Below are positions 9,553 to 19,069 of a stretch of DNA of 64,000 bases, piece after piece; position 1 is the first letter of the stretch, and each line of letters starts with the position of its first letter. The notes under the pieces were generated by a model. The model saw only the letters and a list, made by a program, of their open reading frames with translations, was not told the origin of the DNA and did no database searches. The stretch is from Clostridia bacterium (GTDB lineage: Bacteria > Bacillota > Clostridia > Oscillospirales > CAG-272): assembly GCA_017473085.1 (NCBI GenBank), contig JAFUNF010000020.1, positions 21,523 through 85,522 of the forward strand. Direction: 5' to 3'. The position numbers and the translations under genes were made by a program.

Positions 9553-11904
9553 TTATTTCTTTCTAATAAAAATCAAATCCTTGCCTTCGTTAGCTGACAA
9601 ATTCAAGATAATTGGATTTTGTGAGTTTATAGTATTCTTTGGTGGATAGATTTTTACGCTTCCATCTCTTGTGGCTACCACTCTTACTCTTACTTGCTCC
9701 TCGTCCCAGAAAATAGATACAGAATAGCCACCTCTTGCTTGGATATTTTCAATGCTACCTTTTTTCCAATCAAGCGGAATTGCAGGCAAAATTTTAATCT
9801 TTTTGCCGTCGGAATACATAAGCATTTCGTAAACTGCAGAGGTAAAGCCCATATTGGCATCAATTTGGAAGGGTGGGTGTCCTGCGTGAAGGAATTTAAG
9901 AGTTACACCCATATTTCTCCAGTCGTTGTGATGGGTATATAAATTGTCGCCTGTGCAGAAGCGAATTAGGTAATTTAGACACTCCTCGGCTCTTTTTCCG
10001 TCTCCAAGCCTTGCATAAATGTTTGCCATATGAGCAAGGGACCAGCCTGTTTGTGACTTTAAGCCAATGCAAAGACGCTTTTCAACTGCCACCTTAATCG
10101 CCTCAAAAAGCTCCTTATTCTCATACTCGTCAATCTCAAAGCCTGGGAATAGTGGGTAAATATGAGATTGATGTCTGTGATGATAGTTGTCCTTAAAGTC
10201 AGGGTGCATCCATTCCTTAATTGCTCCGTCCTCGTTTACCTCATAGGGTGGAATTGCATCAAGCATTTTTTGCCAACGACCAAGGTCATTTTTGTCAATG
10301 CCTAACTTATTTATTGCACTTGTAAGGTTAGTTAAAAGCTCCTTTAAAAGTGCAAAATCCATAGTTGCGTTTATAGAAACGCTAATTTCCTTAGCCCCCT
10401 CAAAATCTCCGTTAGGTCTGTTTTCAGGAGAGTCAGATGGGTAAGACTTTAACATACCATTTCCATCATAAACGTAAAAGTCCTCGTAAAATTCAGCAGA
10501 CTCCTTCATAAAGGGATATGCCTTTTCCAAAAGGAACTTTTCGTCCCCTGTGTATAAATAATAATCGTAATAAATTGCACTTATCCAAGCAGAGCTACCT
10601 GTCCAATAGATAACGTGAGGCTGTAAATTCTCCTTGTAGCCGTTTGAATTATCCATAAATAGTGGCAATAAAATTCCCTTACAGCCGAAAAGGTTTTTAG
10701 CGTTGTATCTGTAATCCTCAAAAAACTTCTCGTAAAGGTTGAATAGTGGCAAGGTTGCTTCCTTCAAATTGCCTGCATAAGCCTGCCAATATGCCATTTG
10801 AATATTTTCGTTGTTGAAAAACGTGCACGCCCAAGCAGGAGAGTATGCGCCATTCCATAGTCCCTGTAAATTTGCAGGGTATTCACAACCAACCGAGGAG
10901 GAAATAAGCAGGTATCTACCATAGTCTGCCATTTTCTCCACAAGCTTTAAATCAAGCTTGCCTTGGTAGGTGTTTAAAAGTAGTTGCTCGTTTGATTGAT
11001 TTTTGCCATAGCAAAGGTTTAACTTAACACGATTAAAAAGCTCCGCAAAGGCGTAGGACTGTTCCTTTAAAAGTAGCTTGTAGTCCTTTTTAATTTTGTC
11101 AATTTGCTCCTTCATTGTGTCAAAATCAGCCACGTGCTCGCTAATATCCATTAAAAGAGTAACCTGTGTTGCATTTTCTATTCTTAGATAGTCCTTAAGC
11201 GCAACATCACCACTCATATCAATATTTAGCCTCTTATCAGCCATTTGTGATACAATTTGACCGTTTGTTGAATGTACCCTTACAATACCTGAAAAATGGA
11301 GCTTTCCTGCCGTTTTACTCTCGGAGTAAATACAGCCGTCCTTGGCAAAGGACTTAAACTCGTCCCCATACCAATTATCAACGTAATCGGACATATCATG
11401 TCTTTCAAGAGAAATCTTAACACCAAATTCCCTTTCACTCTCCAAGTGTACGACAACTACACCCTCCCTTTGAGATGCAAAGACCTCTCTTTTGCATTTT
11501 GCACCATTATCAGTATATGAAACTGTTGCAAAGCCTCTTTGCATATCAAGGCATCTTTGATAGTCATTTGGCGCACCCTGTGTATCAAAAATCAAGTGAA
11601 TATCAAAGGCAGGGAAGAATTTTCCCTTATTCGACTTAAAGCCTGATTTCTTTATTTCCTCTGTGTAGTAATTCTCTGCTTCCTTGTATTTTCCTTGGTC
11701 CATTAGTTGTCTTACCTCGGCAAGACAGTGGGAAACATCGGGAAAGCCTGTGTCACAGGTCCAGTTATAAAGAGCTTCGTGATTTATAAGTATTCTTTCG
11801 TCATATACGCAACCATAAACGCTAGCCCCCAAACGACCATTTCCTAAGGGTGTTGCCTCCTTCCAATGTGTGGCAGGATAGCTATTGATTAGCTTTTTTT
11901 CCAT
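9553..11904 (-). CDS. Glycoside hydrolase family 95-like (alpha-L-fucosidase family)
   Basis: 783 aa. The N-terminus ..ATHWKEATPLGNGRLGASVYG.. and the overall size match my memory of GH95 enzymes. No signal peptide. Confidence 0.8.
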   Translation of the reverse strand: MEKKLINSYPATHWKEATPLGNGRLGASVYGCVYDERILINHEALYNWTCDTGFPDVSHCLAEVRQLMDQGKYKEAENYYTEEIKKSGFKSNKGKFFPAFDIHLIFDTQGAPNDYQRCLDMQRGFATVSYTDNGAKCKREVFASQREGVVVVHLESEREFGVKISLERHDMSDYVDNWYGDEFKSFAKDGCIYSESKTAGKLHFSGIVRVHSTNGQIVSQMADKRLNIDMSGDVALKDYLRIENATQVTLLMDISEHVADFDTMKEQIDKIKKDYKLLLKEQSYAFAELFNRVKLNLCYGKNQSNEQLLLNTYQGKLDLKLVEKMADYGRYLLISSSVGCEYPANLQGLWNGAYSPAWACTFFNNENIQMAYWQAYAGNLKEATLPLFNLYEKFFEDYRYNAKNLFGCKGILLPLFMDNSNGYKENLQPHVIYWTGSSAWISAIYYDYYLYTGDEKFLLEKAYPFMKESAEFYEDFYVYDGNGMLKSYPSDSPENRPNGDFEGAKEISVSINATMDFALLKELLTNLTSAINKLGIDKNDLGRWQKMLDAIPPYEVNEDGAIKEWMHPDFKDNYHHRHQSHIYPLFPGFEIDEYENKELFEAIKVAVEKRLCIGLKSQTGWSLAHMANIYARLGDGKRAEECLNYLIRFCTGDNLYTHHNDWRNMGVTLKFLHAGHPPFQIDANMGFTSAVYEMLMYSDGKKIKILPAIPLDWKKGSIENIQARGGYSVSIFWDEEQVRVRVVATRDGSVKIYPPKNTINSQNPIILNLSANEGKDLIFIRKK

Positions 11905-11976
11905 ATCTATACTCCTTTTTAGAGCTTTTTCTTTAGTATAGCATAGCTTTTTCTTATTTTCAATATATTACATTAC

Positions 11977-12003
11977 AAAAAGCGACCCAAGGGTCGCTTT
12001 TCT
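11977..12003. terminator. Intrinsic terminator hairpin
   Basis: aaaaAGCGACCCaaGGGTCGCTtttc. Confidence 0.6.
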
Positions 12004-12437
12004 TATAAATAGCTTCTTATATTTAGAGTCAAATCCTGCTCAAGATTAATTAGCCTTTTGCAAATGTCCTTAGACCTTTCCTCAGCTGCCTCGTACTTGT
12101 TAAGGTAACGATTTAAGGATTTCACACCCATATTGCACCCATCTGTAATTAGGTCGGCTATGGTGTGGTCGGACTCGTTTACTGCTAACATCATATTTGT
12201 TTTCATCCAGCTCATACCCTTAGCCATAGGATTTGGATTTTTACCCTCGTCCTTGTATTCGGCAAGTAGCCTTTCCGTTTCCATACCTAACTGGGTATGC
12301 TTGTCCTTACACTCAACTAAGGTTTTCTTTAGCTTGTCCGACCCTACGTACTTTAGCACGTCATCAATTGAGGAAACTCCCATCTTAATTCCCGAGTCAC
12401 ATTCTCTTAGTAGCTTTATTGTATCTTGCTCTATCAT
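12003..12437 (-). CDS. Hypothetical helical protein (144 aa)
   Basis: Clean ORF with an AGGAG RBS. It is predicted all-helical; I cannot assign a family confidently. Confidence 0.7.
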   Translation of the reverse strand: MIEQDTIKLLRECDSGIKMGVSSIDDVLKYVGSDKLKKTLVECKDKHTQLGMETERLLAEYKDEGKNPNPMAKGMSWMKTNMMLAVNESDHTIADLITDGCNMGVKSLNRYLNKYEAAEERSKDICKRLINLEQDLTLNIRSYL

Positions 12438-12519
12438 AATAAATCTCCTTTTTTATGATAGTATTTGCAAAAAAGCCCACCCTGTATTCAAATTTAAGCA
12501 AAAAAGCCCACACAGGATT

Positions 12520-12873
12520 TTATACACAATATTTTGTCGGCTTTAAAAGAAGTGCAAAGAAATCGAAAAACACACCGAATCCAAATATTCCACAGGTAAT
12601 GAGATACACTATACCCATGAAGAATTTTTCCTCATAAAACTTATGTGCACCAAAAAATCCTAAGAATATGCACAAAAATAAAGCGACCCACTTGTTTTTG
12701 AAGTTTCCTTTTGTTACTTTACTTGAATTGGCGTTTAAATTGCTATTCGTGTTTACATTGTTGATTACGACATTCGAGCCACCTGCTGACTTAAAGTCCT
12801 GCACCTGCCTTCCACAATGAGTGCATACTATCGAGTCAGAATGAATTTCACCACCACAATACTTACAATACAT
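12520..12873 (-). CDS. Zinc-ribbon + TM2 domain membrane protein
   Basis: N-terminal CKYCG..CTHCG zinc ribbon and a C-terminal TM2-like segment (ALFLCIFLGFFGAHKFY..GIVYLITCGIFG). Confidence 0.8.
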   Translation of the reverse strand: MYCKYCGGEIHSDSIVCTHCGRQVQDFKSAGGSNVVINNVNTNSNLNANSSKVTKGNFKNKWVALFLCIFLGFFGAHKFYEEKFFMGIVYLITCGIFGFGVFFDFFALLLKPTKYCV

Positions 12874-12982
12874 AATTCCTCCGTTGTTTTTTTATTTTAT
12901 ATTTATATTATACTCAATCTTTGAGTAAAAGTCAATACTCAATTTATGAGTATGTTAAACTTTCATAAAAGGAGTTGAGATT

Positions 12983-13189
12983 ATGAATTATCGAACAAGA
13001 ATGAGAAATTTACGTGAGGACAACGATTTAACTCAACGCGAGGTGGCACAAATCATTAGCAAATCTCAACAAGGATACAGTCACATTGAGGACGGACGTG
13101 CCGAGCTTAAAATCGACGACCTCATTAAGCTTTGCAAATTTTACAAGGTTAGTGCTGACTATTTTATTGGAATTACAGACAAAAAATAA
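12983..13189 (+). CDS. XRE-family helix-turn-helix transcriptional regulator (68 aa)
   Basis: LRNLREDNDLTQREVAQIISKSQQGYSHIEDGR.. is a typical Cro/C1 HTH. AAGGAG RBS. Confidence 0.85.
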   Translation: MNYRTRMRNLREDNDLTQREVAQIISKSQQGYSHIEDGRAELKIDDLIKLCKFYKVSADYFIGITDKK

Positions 13190-13225
13190 AACAGATTTTG
13201 CCGAGGCAAAATCTGTTTTTGTTTT
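13188..13225. terminator. Bidirectional intrinsic terminator
   Basis: aaaACAGATTTTGCCgagGCAAAATCTGTttttgttttt lies between convergent genes. Confidence 0.7.
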
Positions 13226-15663
13226 TATTTACGAATGTCTGCGCCAAGCTTCTTTGAAAGCTTTTTGATAGCACTGTTTGCTACCTCTTCAATTTCTTGA
13301 CCTGTAAGAGTCTTGTCGCTTGAGCCGATAACAAGTCTGATTGTAATAGACTTCTTGCCCTCTGGAATTTGCTTGCCCTTGTATTCGTCAACAAACTTTA
13401 CGTCACGAAGAAGTGAGTTATCTGTAATCTTTTCTGCAAGAGTGCTATAAATTTCGTCCCATTTTACCATGCTATCAACAAGGAATGAAACGTCATACTC
13501 ATTCATTGGATGCTCAGGAATATGAACAAAGCGATTTGTTCTTGACTTGAATGGTATTAGCTTATCCATATCAATTTCAACAAGCACAGCACTTAATACC
13601 TTAATGCCACAAACACTTGCCGACTTCTTAGAAAGAAGTGCCATATCGCCTATTTTTTCCTCGCCTAAATAAATGTTAGTCCAAACTGTTGCATCTGCCC
13701 AGTATGGCTTTTCTACTCTCTTAAAGGTAAAGCCCTCCATATGAGTGTAGCGAGGCATCATACCGATAACACCCTTAGCACGACGGAATAGGTCGCTAAT
13801 CTTATCGTTTTTACCAACAAAGGCACAACCTAAATGCTTGCTTTGCTTTGGCAATTTCTCAATTGGGTCATACTCAGAGGTGTAGTCACTATCGAAGAAT
13901 ACCTGCGCCTCCTCGAAGATTGCAAACTCCTCAAAGCTATGCTCATTCTTAACAATTGCACGACAAATGTTAGGTAGAAGTGTTGAACGCACGTATTTTT
14001 CATTTGGTGCAGGTGGTGTGGAAAGTGCTAAAACTCCCTCTGTTGATGGAAGAATAGCATTTACAAAGTTGTCCTGCATCCAAGGATAAGTAAAGATTTC
14101 CTGCATATTGCAACGGAATGCAAGATATTCCTTAACCTTGCGTACAAGGTCCATATCAAGCTGATTGATAGCACCATCAAATACAGCAGTAATTGAGGAA
14201 GCCTCGAAGTTTTCGTAGCCGTACATACGGGCAACCTCTTCCATAATGTCAGCCTTAATGGAAACGTCGCCTGTGGAACGCCATGTAGGAACTACAATGT
14301 GCATACCCTTATCATTAAAGGTAACCTCATAGCCCATAGTGCCAAGCTTTCTTGCCACAACCTCCTGTGGTATTCTCTTACCAAGACGCTTGTCAAGCCA
14401 TTCAAACTCAACGTCAATTTCCTTTTTAACAAGCTTATTTGGATACTTGTCCTCGTAAGCTGTAACCTTCATATTTGGGAAAAGCTCAGAAAAAAGCTTC
14501 ATTGCCATTGAAACGGCAAGGTCGCATCTTTCAGGGTCAACTGCCTTTTCGTATCTTGAGGAAGCCTCTGTTCTGTTATCGTAGCGAAGCGCTGTTTTAC
14601 GAACAGTCTTAGAATCAAAGTTAGCAACCTCTAAAATAACACTGCTTGTGGTTGGCAAAACTGAATCCTTAGCGCCACCCATAACACCAGCTAAGGCAAC
14701 TGCACCCTCGCTGTCAGCAATAACAAGGTCATCACAGGAAAGCTCAAGGGACTTGTCGTTTAAAAGAACAAGCTTTTCATTTTCCTTTGCACCACGAATT
14801 TCGATATAGTCCTTAATATGCTCAGAGTCAAATACGTGGGTTGGCTGACCTAATGCAAGCATAACGTAGTTAGTTACGTCAACAAGTGCGTTGATTGGAC
14901 GCATACCTACACGCCAAATTCTGCTTTGCATCTCGAATGGAGATGGAATAATACCAAGCCCCTCGATTTTTGCACCAATGTAGCGAGGACACTTTTCCTC
15001 GTCAACAATTCTTACGTCAACCTTATTTTCTGTGTTAGGCACGTATTTTTCAAACTCAACAAGAGGGAGGTCGTAAATTGCAGCAATCTCTCTTGCAATA
15101 CCATAGTGACCCCAAAGGTCAGGACGATTAGTCATTGACTTGTTGTCAATTTCAAGAATCATATCATCAAGACCAAGAGCCACAGCTAGTGGTGTACCTG
15201 CATCAATATCAAGGTGAGAAAGGTCCATAATATCGTGGTCGCCCTTAGGTGGGAACAAATCCTCTAAGCATACCTCTGTGCTTGCGCAAATCATACCATA
15301 GCTCATAACACCACGAAGCTTGCCAGCCTTAATTTCAACAGGCTCGCCCTCGCCGTGCCATACAACAAAGGAGCCAGGAAGTGCAACCACAACTCTCATG
15401 CCTACCTCAAGATTGCTACCACCACAAACGATGTCAACCACCTCTGTGCCAACGTCAACCTTGCAAACACGAAGTCTGTCTGCGTTTGGATGAGGTAAAA
15501 CCTCCTTGATAATACCAACTACAATGTTGTTATATTGCTTACCCAAATCGTGAACACCCTCAACCTCAACTGTTGACATAGTAAGGTCATAAGCCAAGCG
15601 AGATAGGTCCATATCATCAGGAATTTTTACATAGTCCTTAATCCAATTTAAAGATAATTTCAT
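13225..15663 (-). CDS. pheT: Phenylalanine--tRNA ligase beta subunit
   Basis: 812 aa. It has an N-terminal tRNA-binding domain (..VVGIIKEVLPHPNADRLRVCKVDVG..) followed by B3/4, B5 and a C-terminal anticodon-binding-like region. It sits directly downstream of pheS. Confidence 0.97.
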   Translation of the reverse strand: MKLSLNWIKDYVKIPDDMDLSRLAYDLTMSTVEVEGVHDLGKQYNNIVVGIIKEVLPHPNADRLRVCKVDVGTEVVDIVCGGSNLEVGMRVVVALPGSFVVWHGEGEPVEIKAGKLRGVMSYGMICASTEVCLEDLFPPKGDHDIMDLSHLDIDAGTPLAVALGLDDMILEIDNKSMTNRPDLWGHYGIAREIAAIYDLPLVEFEKYVPNTENKVDVRIVDEEKCPRYIGAKIEGLGIIPSPFEMQSRIWRVGMRPINALVDVTNYVMLALGQPTHVFDSEHIKDYIEIRGAKENEKLVLLNDKSLELSCDDLVIADSEGAVALAGVMGGAKDSVLPTTSSVILEVANFDSKTVRKTALRYDNRTEASSRYEKAVDPERCDLAVSMAMKLFSELFPNMKVTAYEDKYPNKLVKKEIDVEFEWLDKRLGKRIPQEVVARKLGTMGYEVTFNDKGMHIVVPTWRSTGDVSIKADIMEEVARMYGYENFEASSITAVFDGAINQLDMDLVRKVKEYLAFRCNMQEIFTYPWMQDNFVNAILPSTEGVLALSTPPAPNEKYVRSTLLPNICRAIVKNEHSFEEFAIFEEAQVFFDSDYTSEYDPIEKLPKQSKHLGCAFVGKNDKISDLFRRAKGVIGMMPRYTHMEGFTFKRVEKPYWADATVWTNIYLGEEKIGDMALLSKKSASVCGIKVLSAVLVEIDMDKLIPFKSRTNRFVHIPEHPMNEYDVSFLVDSMVKWDEIYSTLAEKITDNSLLRDVKFVDEYKGKQIPEGKKSITIRLVIGSSDKTLTGQEIEEVANSAIKKLSKKLGADIRK

Positions 15664-15676
15664 CGTTTAGTCCTCC

Positions 15677-16714
15677 TTAACGGAATTGTCCAAGGAATCT
15701 TAAATCAGTTCCGTGGAAAAGACGAACGTCGTCAACACCGTAACGCATCATAACAAGTCTGTCAAGACCAATATTTACGTAGAAGCCTGTATATTCCTCA
15801 GGGTCAACACCTGCTGCACGAAGTACATTTGGATGAGGTGTGCCACCTGGCATAATTTCAATCCAACCAACGTGCTTACAAACACTACAGCCCTTACCAC
15901 CACATACAAGACAGCCCATATCAATTTCAAAGCCAGGCTCAACGAATGGGAAGAAGCCTGCTCTCATTCTTACAGGCACATCCTGACCGAATACCTTTGA
16001 AAGAATACTCTTAATCATAACCTTACCAGCTGTATAGGTAAAGTCCTTATCAACGATAAGAGCCTCATATTGGAAGAATGCACGCTCGTGACGAGCATCT
16101 GTTGTTTCGTTTCTATATACTCTGCCTGGGTAAACAAAGCGATAGGGTGGCTTGTGTGTTTTCATATAGCGAACACTACCACCTGTCAGGTGAGGACGAA
16201 GACAAAGCTTTTCGTTAGCCTCTCCTGAGTCGTGTCCCTCTAACCAGTATGTATCCATGCTCTCACGTGCAGGGTGGTTAGGTGGGAAGTTCAGATTATC
16301 AAAAGCAAAATATTCGCTTGTAATTTCAGGTCCGTGATAAACCTCAAAGCCCATTGAACGAAAGGCGTCGTTTAGGTCGTAGCACATTTGTGTAATTGGA
16401 TGAAGACCACCAATTTGTGGCTCAATGCCTGGCAAGGTGTAGTCAAAATCCTCAGAAATTTCAGAAGCCTTAAGCTTAATTTCCTCAAGACGACCCTCAA
16501 TTTGCTCCTGCAAAAGATTTTTTACATTGTTTACAGCCTTACCCATTTCAGGACGGAGAGAAACGTCGAGCTTAGGGATTTCCTTCATAATCTCGGTAAC
16601 CTTACCCTGCTTACCAAGAAGATAACCCTTTATCTCCTGTAATTCTGCCTCGTTTTTAGCAGACTGAATTTTTTCTGCTCCCTCACGGAGCAAAGCCTCT
16701 AATTTATCCTTCAT
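15677..16714 (-). CDS. pheS: Phenylalanine--tRNA ligase alpha subunit
   Basis: 345 aa with class II aaRS motifs (..HPARESMDTYW.., ..FRNETTDARH.., ..GFEIDM..GWIEIMPGG..GLDRLVM). Confidence 0.97.
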   Translation of the reverse strand: MKDKLEALLREGAEKIQSAKNEAELQEIKGYLLGKQGKVTEIMKEIPKLDVSLRPEMGKAVNNVKNLLQEQIEGRLEEIKLKASEISEDFDYTLPGIEPQIGGLHPITQMCYDLNDAFRSMGFEVYHGPEITSEYFAFDNLNFPPNHPARESMDTYWLEGHDSGEANEKLCLRPHLTGGSVRYMKTHKPPYRFVYPGRVYRNETTDARHERAFFQYEALIVDKDFTYTAGKVMIKSILSKVFGQDVPVRMRAGFFPFVEPGFEIDMGCLVCGGKGCSVCKHVGWIEIMPGGTPHPNVLRAAGVDPEEYTGFYVNIGLDRLVMMRYGVDDVRLFHGTDLRFLGQFR

Positions 16715-16763
16715 TTTAAGCTCCTTAAAATAAATTTTGCTCTATATATTTTAAACATTATAA

Positions 16764-16792
16764 AGTATAACACAAAATATTGCGTATTTCAA
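16764..16792 (-). promoter_or_regulatory. Candidate sigma-A promoter of pheST
   Basis: On the minus strand: TTGAAA, 17 nt, TATACT, about 50 nt upstream of the pheS ATG. Confidence 0.4.
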
Positions 16793-16839
16793 TAATATTA
16801 AAGTATTTTTATAAAAAATAAGATGCGTTAAATAGAAAA

Positions 16840-16875
16840 ATCAGAAGCCTTTTGAAAAGCCTCTGATTTTCCCTT
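16840..16875 (-). terminator. Candidate terminator after the 728-aa LRR gene
   Basis: Imperfect 8-bp hairpin (TCAGAGGC/GCTTCTGA, one mismatch) followed by a T-run on the minus strand. Confidence 0.4.
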
Positions 16876-16879
16876 GATA

Positions 16880-19066
16880 TTATTCCTTTATCAACATAAC
16901 AGGGCAAAGGCCAAATTCGTCATACATATGGCTTGACATATCATCACCGCCAAGTGGTTGAATAACCTTGCTCTCGGTTCTTGTCATATATTGACTTTCT
17001 CTTCCTGTTAAATTTAATTCCTCGCCATATTCGTCCATGGTAGACTTTGCTATTAATGGTGCTCCTTGACAGATGGCAAAGTCAGTTGCGATAATTTTTC
17101 TGTTTACGCATTTTTCTCCGCCAGTTGAGTTAAGATTTCCATTAAATCCGTATTTTTCAGTTTTTAACTCCACTAAGCTTGGCAAATAAATTTTATGCTG
17201 AGTTATTTCATCTGTTTCCACTACCCAGCTACGAGTACTATTGTCAACATCGGAGGTTAAAATTCTATCTCTCTCGGTAGCTGTAAATGCCTTTTGATAA
17301 AAATCATTATTTAACCATTGACACTCAACAGTTTCATAGAAAGCTCTCATATAGTTACCATGAACGCTTGTTCCACTTGTTTCTTCGTTGATAGTCACCC
17401 AAATAACGTTTTCGCATATTACAAATTCATTACCATTTTCTTCCTCTAACACTCTCCACCTAATCGGCTCAACCTTAAAGTAATAGGTATTTCCCCAAAT
17501 TACTTTTTCGCCATTAGAAAAATAATGTGTTACACCATCCATATAATAGCTTCCTATAGGTGGTGTTGCAGTCAATTTTGCGTAATAGCATCCATCGCTA
17601 CCCGTATAATATCCCTGAGAATTAGTAGAGCCAGAAATGGTTACGCTTGCAGACTTAATCGTTTGAGGAAATTCTCCAAACGTGATATATGCTCCGTCGT
17701 GTCTTATTTCCTTGCCACTCGCTTTTTCAATAATATAATTGCCCTCACTGTAATAATACGAGTTTTCACTTGATATTTCTATCTCGTCTATTAGTGGCTC
17801 CGTTGTATCATCTGCTCCAAAAAGAAGGTAGTTTGATATTTTGCTTACTGTTTTAGGAATTACAAGCTTTTTTATAACGGTTATATCTCTGAAAGCATAA
17901 CCAATTAATTCCGTGACCTCTTTACCATTGATATATTCGGGAATATACAAATCAAATGGTGTTTGAACGGCAACGGAGCCATCGTCAGACTGATATCTTT
18001 CATTATATCCACAAATAGCTATCGTGCCATCATTTTTCTCACACCAAATTATTCCATTATCCGTTTCTCCATACACATTCTTGCAGTTAAGCAAGCGCTT
18101 TACTATTGACATTTTGCAATCATCCCAATACATGCCGAAGTCCTCAGGAATACTGTCTGCCTCGAAGCATACCGTAAGCTCGTCACAGATATTAAACGCA
18201 AAATTTTCAATCACCTTTACACTTTTAGGCACGTACACAAGGTGTAGATTTCCACTTTGTATAAATGCATTCTCGGATATATGCTCAAGAGATGGTGGCA
18301 AAGTAACGTACAAAAGACTTGTGCAGTGCATAAATGCGCTTTTTCCTATTGTTTTTAATGCTCCAGTTTCAAATATTACACTTGACAAAGACCTACAATT
18401 GCTGAACGCATCATTTTCTATTGTTTTAATAGTGCTGGCAATTTGCACCTCTTTAATGTTCGTGTATGCAAATGCCGAAGCTCCGATTACCTCTACAGGA
18501 AGCCCCTCGTAAATGTCAGGTATCACAATTACATCATCAGTAGCCTCTCCTATATCCGTTACAATATAATAATTTCCATCATCGCTTAAGGTATATTCCA
18601 GTCCCTCTGTAGGAACTCTTACCATAGAGCAGGCATCACAGCCTCCAAGTCCCTTATCGTATGTATGTGGGCCATATTCTGAAATCTCATCTCCATGCTC
18701 ACAGGTTGCCTCTTTCCAGTGATGAGTTAAATTATAGCTCCATTCCTCACTAAACGTATGCGTATGAACGTTTGGGGTATCGGGGTTGTCGGGGTTGTCT
18801 GAATCATCAGGATTGTCGGGATTTACCGAATCATCAGGATTGTCTGGGTTTACCGTATCATCAGGATTGTCTGGATTATCTGGCTTGTCGGGATTTACCG
18901 AATCGTCAGGGTTGTCTGGATTATCTGGCTTGTCCTGACTCGACGTATCAGTCGGCTCGTGTGGAGGCTCATTTGATGGGCCTCCACAGCCTATAAACGT
19001 ACAAACAACAAGTAAAAGCACAAGCAATAAAGCTACAAGACTAATCCTTTTGCTCGCTTTTGTCAT
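16880..19066 (-). CDS. Surface lipoprotein with BspA-type leucine-rich repeats
   Basis: 728 aa. Domain order: lipoprotein signal (LVVCTFIGCGG); Pro/Asp/Asn-rich linker; one His/Cys module (HTHTFSEEW..HHWKEATCEH..HTY..CDAC); BspA-like LRRs (..IGASAFAYTNIKEVQIASTIKTIENDAFSNC..); and a C-terminal region with WRVL / IYLPSLVEL motifs resembling DUF6273-type domains (from memory). Confidence 0.85.
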   Translation of the reverse strand: MTKASKRISLVALLLVLLLVVCTFIGCGGPSNEPPHEPTDTSSQDKPDNPDNPDDSVNPDKPDNPDNPDDTVNPDNPDDSVNPDNPDDSDNPDNPDTPNVHTHTFSEEWSYNLTHHWKEATCEHGDEISEYGPHTYDKGLGGCDACSMVRVPTEGLEYTLSDDGNYYIVTDIGEATDDVIVIPDIYEGLPVEVIGASAFAYTNIKEVQIASTIKTIENDAFSNCRSLSSVIFETGALKTIGKSAFMHCTSLLYVTLPPSLEHISENAFIQSGNLHLVYVPKSVKVIENFAFNICDELTVCFEADSIPEDFGMYWDDCKMSIVKRLLNCKNVYGETDNGIIWCEKNDGTIAICGYNERYQSDDGSVAVQTPFDLYIPEYINGKEVTELIGYAFRDITVIKKLVIPKTVSKISNYLLFGADDTTEPLIDEIEISSENSYYYSEGNYIIEKASGKEIRHDGAYITFGEFPQTIKSASVTISGSTNSQGYYTGSDGCYYAKLTATPPIGSYYMDGVTHYFSNGEKVIWGNTYYFKVEPIRWRVLEEENGNEFVICENVIWVTINEETSGTSVHGNYMRAFYETVECQWLNNDFYQKAFTATERDRILTSDVDNSTRSWVVETDEITQHKIYLPSLVELKTEKYGFNGNLNSTGGEKCVNRKIIATDFAICQGAPLIAKSTMDEYGEELNLTGRESQYMTRTESKVIQPLGGDDMSSHMYDEFGLCPVMLIKE
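18772..18945. repeat. In-frame imperfect tandem repeat encoding a (PDNPDD[ST]VN)n linker
   Basis: The DNA reads ...ggattgtcgggatttaccgaatcatcaggattgtctgggtttaccgtatcatcaggattgtctgg.... The protein reads PDNPDNPDDSVNPDKPDNPDNPDDTVNPDNPDDSVNPDNPDDSDNPDNPDTP. Confidence 0.8.
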
Positions 19067-19069
19067 CTA

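Noticed and set aside
16715-16879. T-box leader upstream of pheST (common in Firmicutes)
   Set aside because: The intergenic region is only ~165 nt and very A+T-rich, and contains the upstream gene's terminator and a promoter. There is no T-box consensus (..GGGTGGTACCGCG..), specifier stem or antiterminator.
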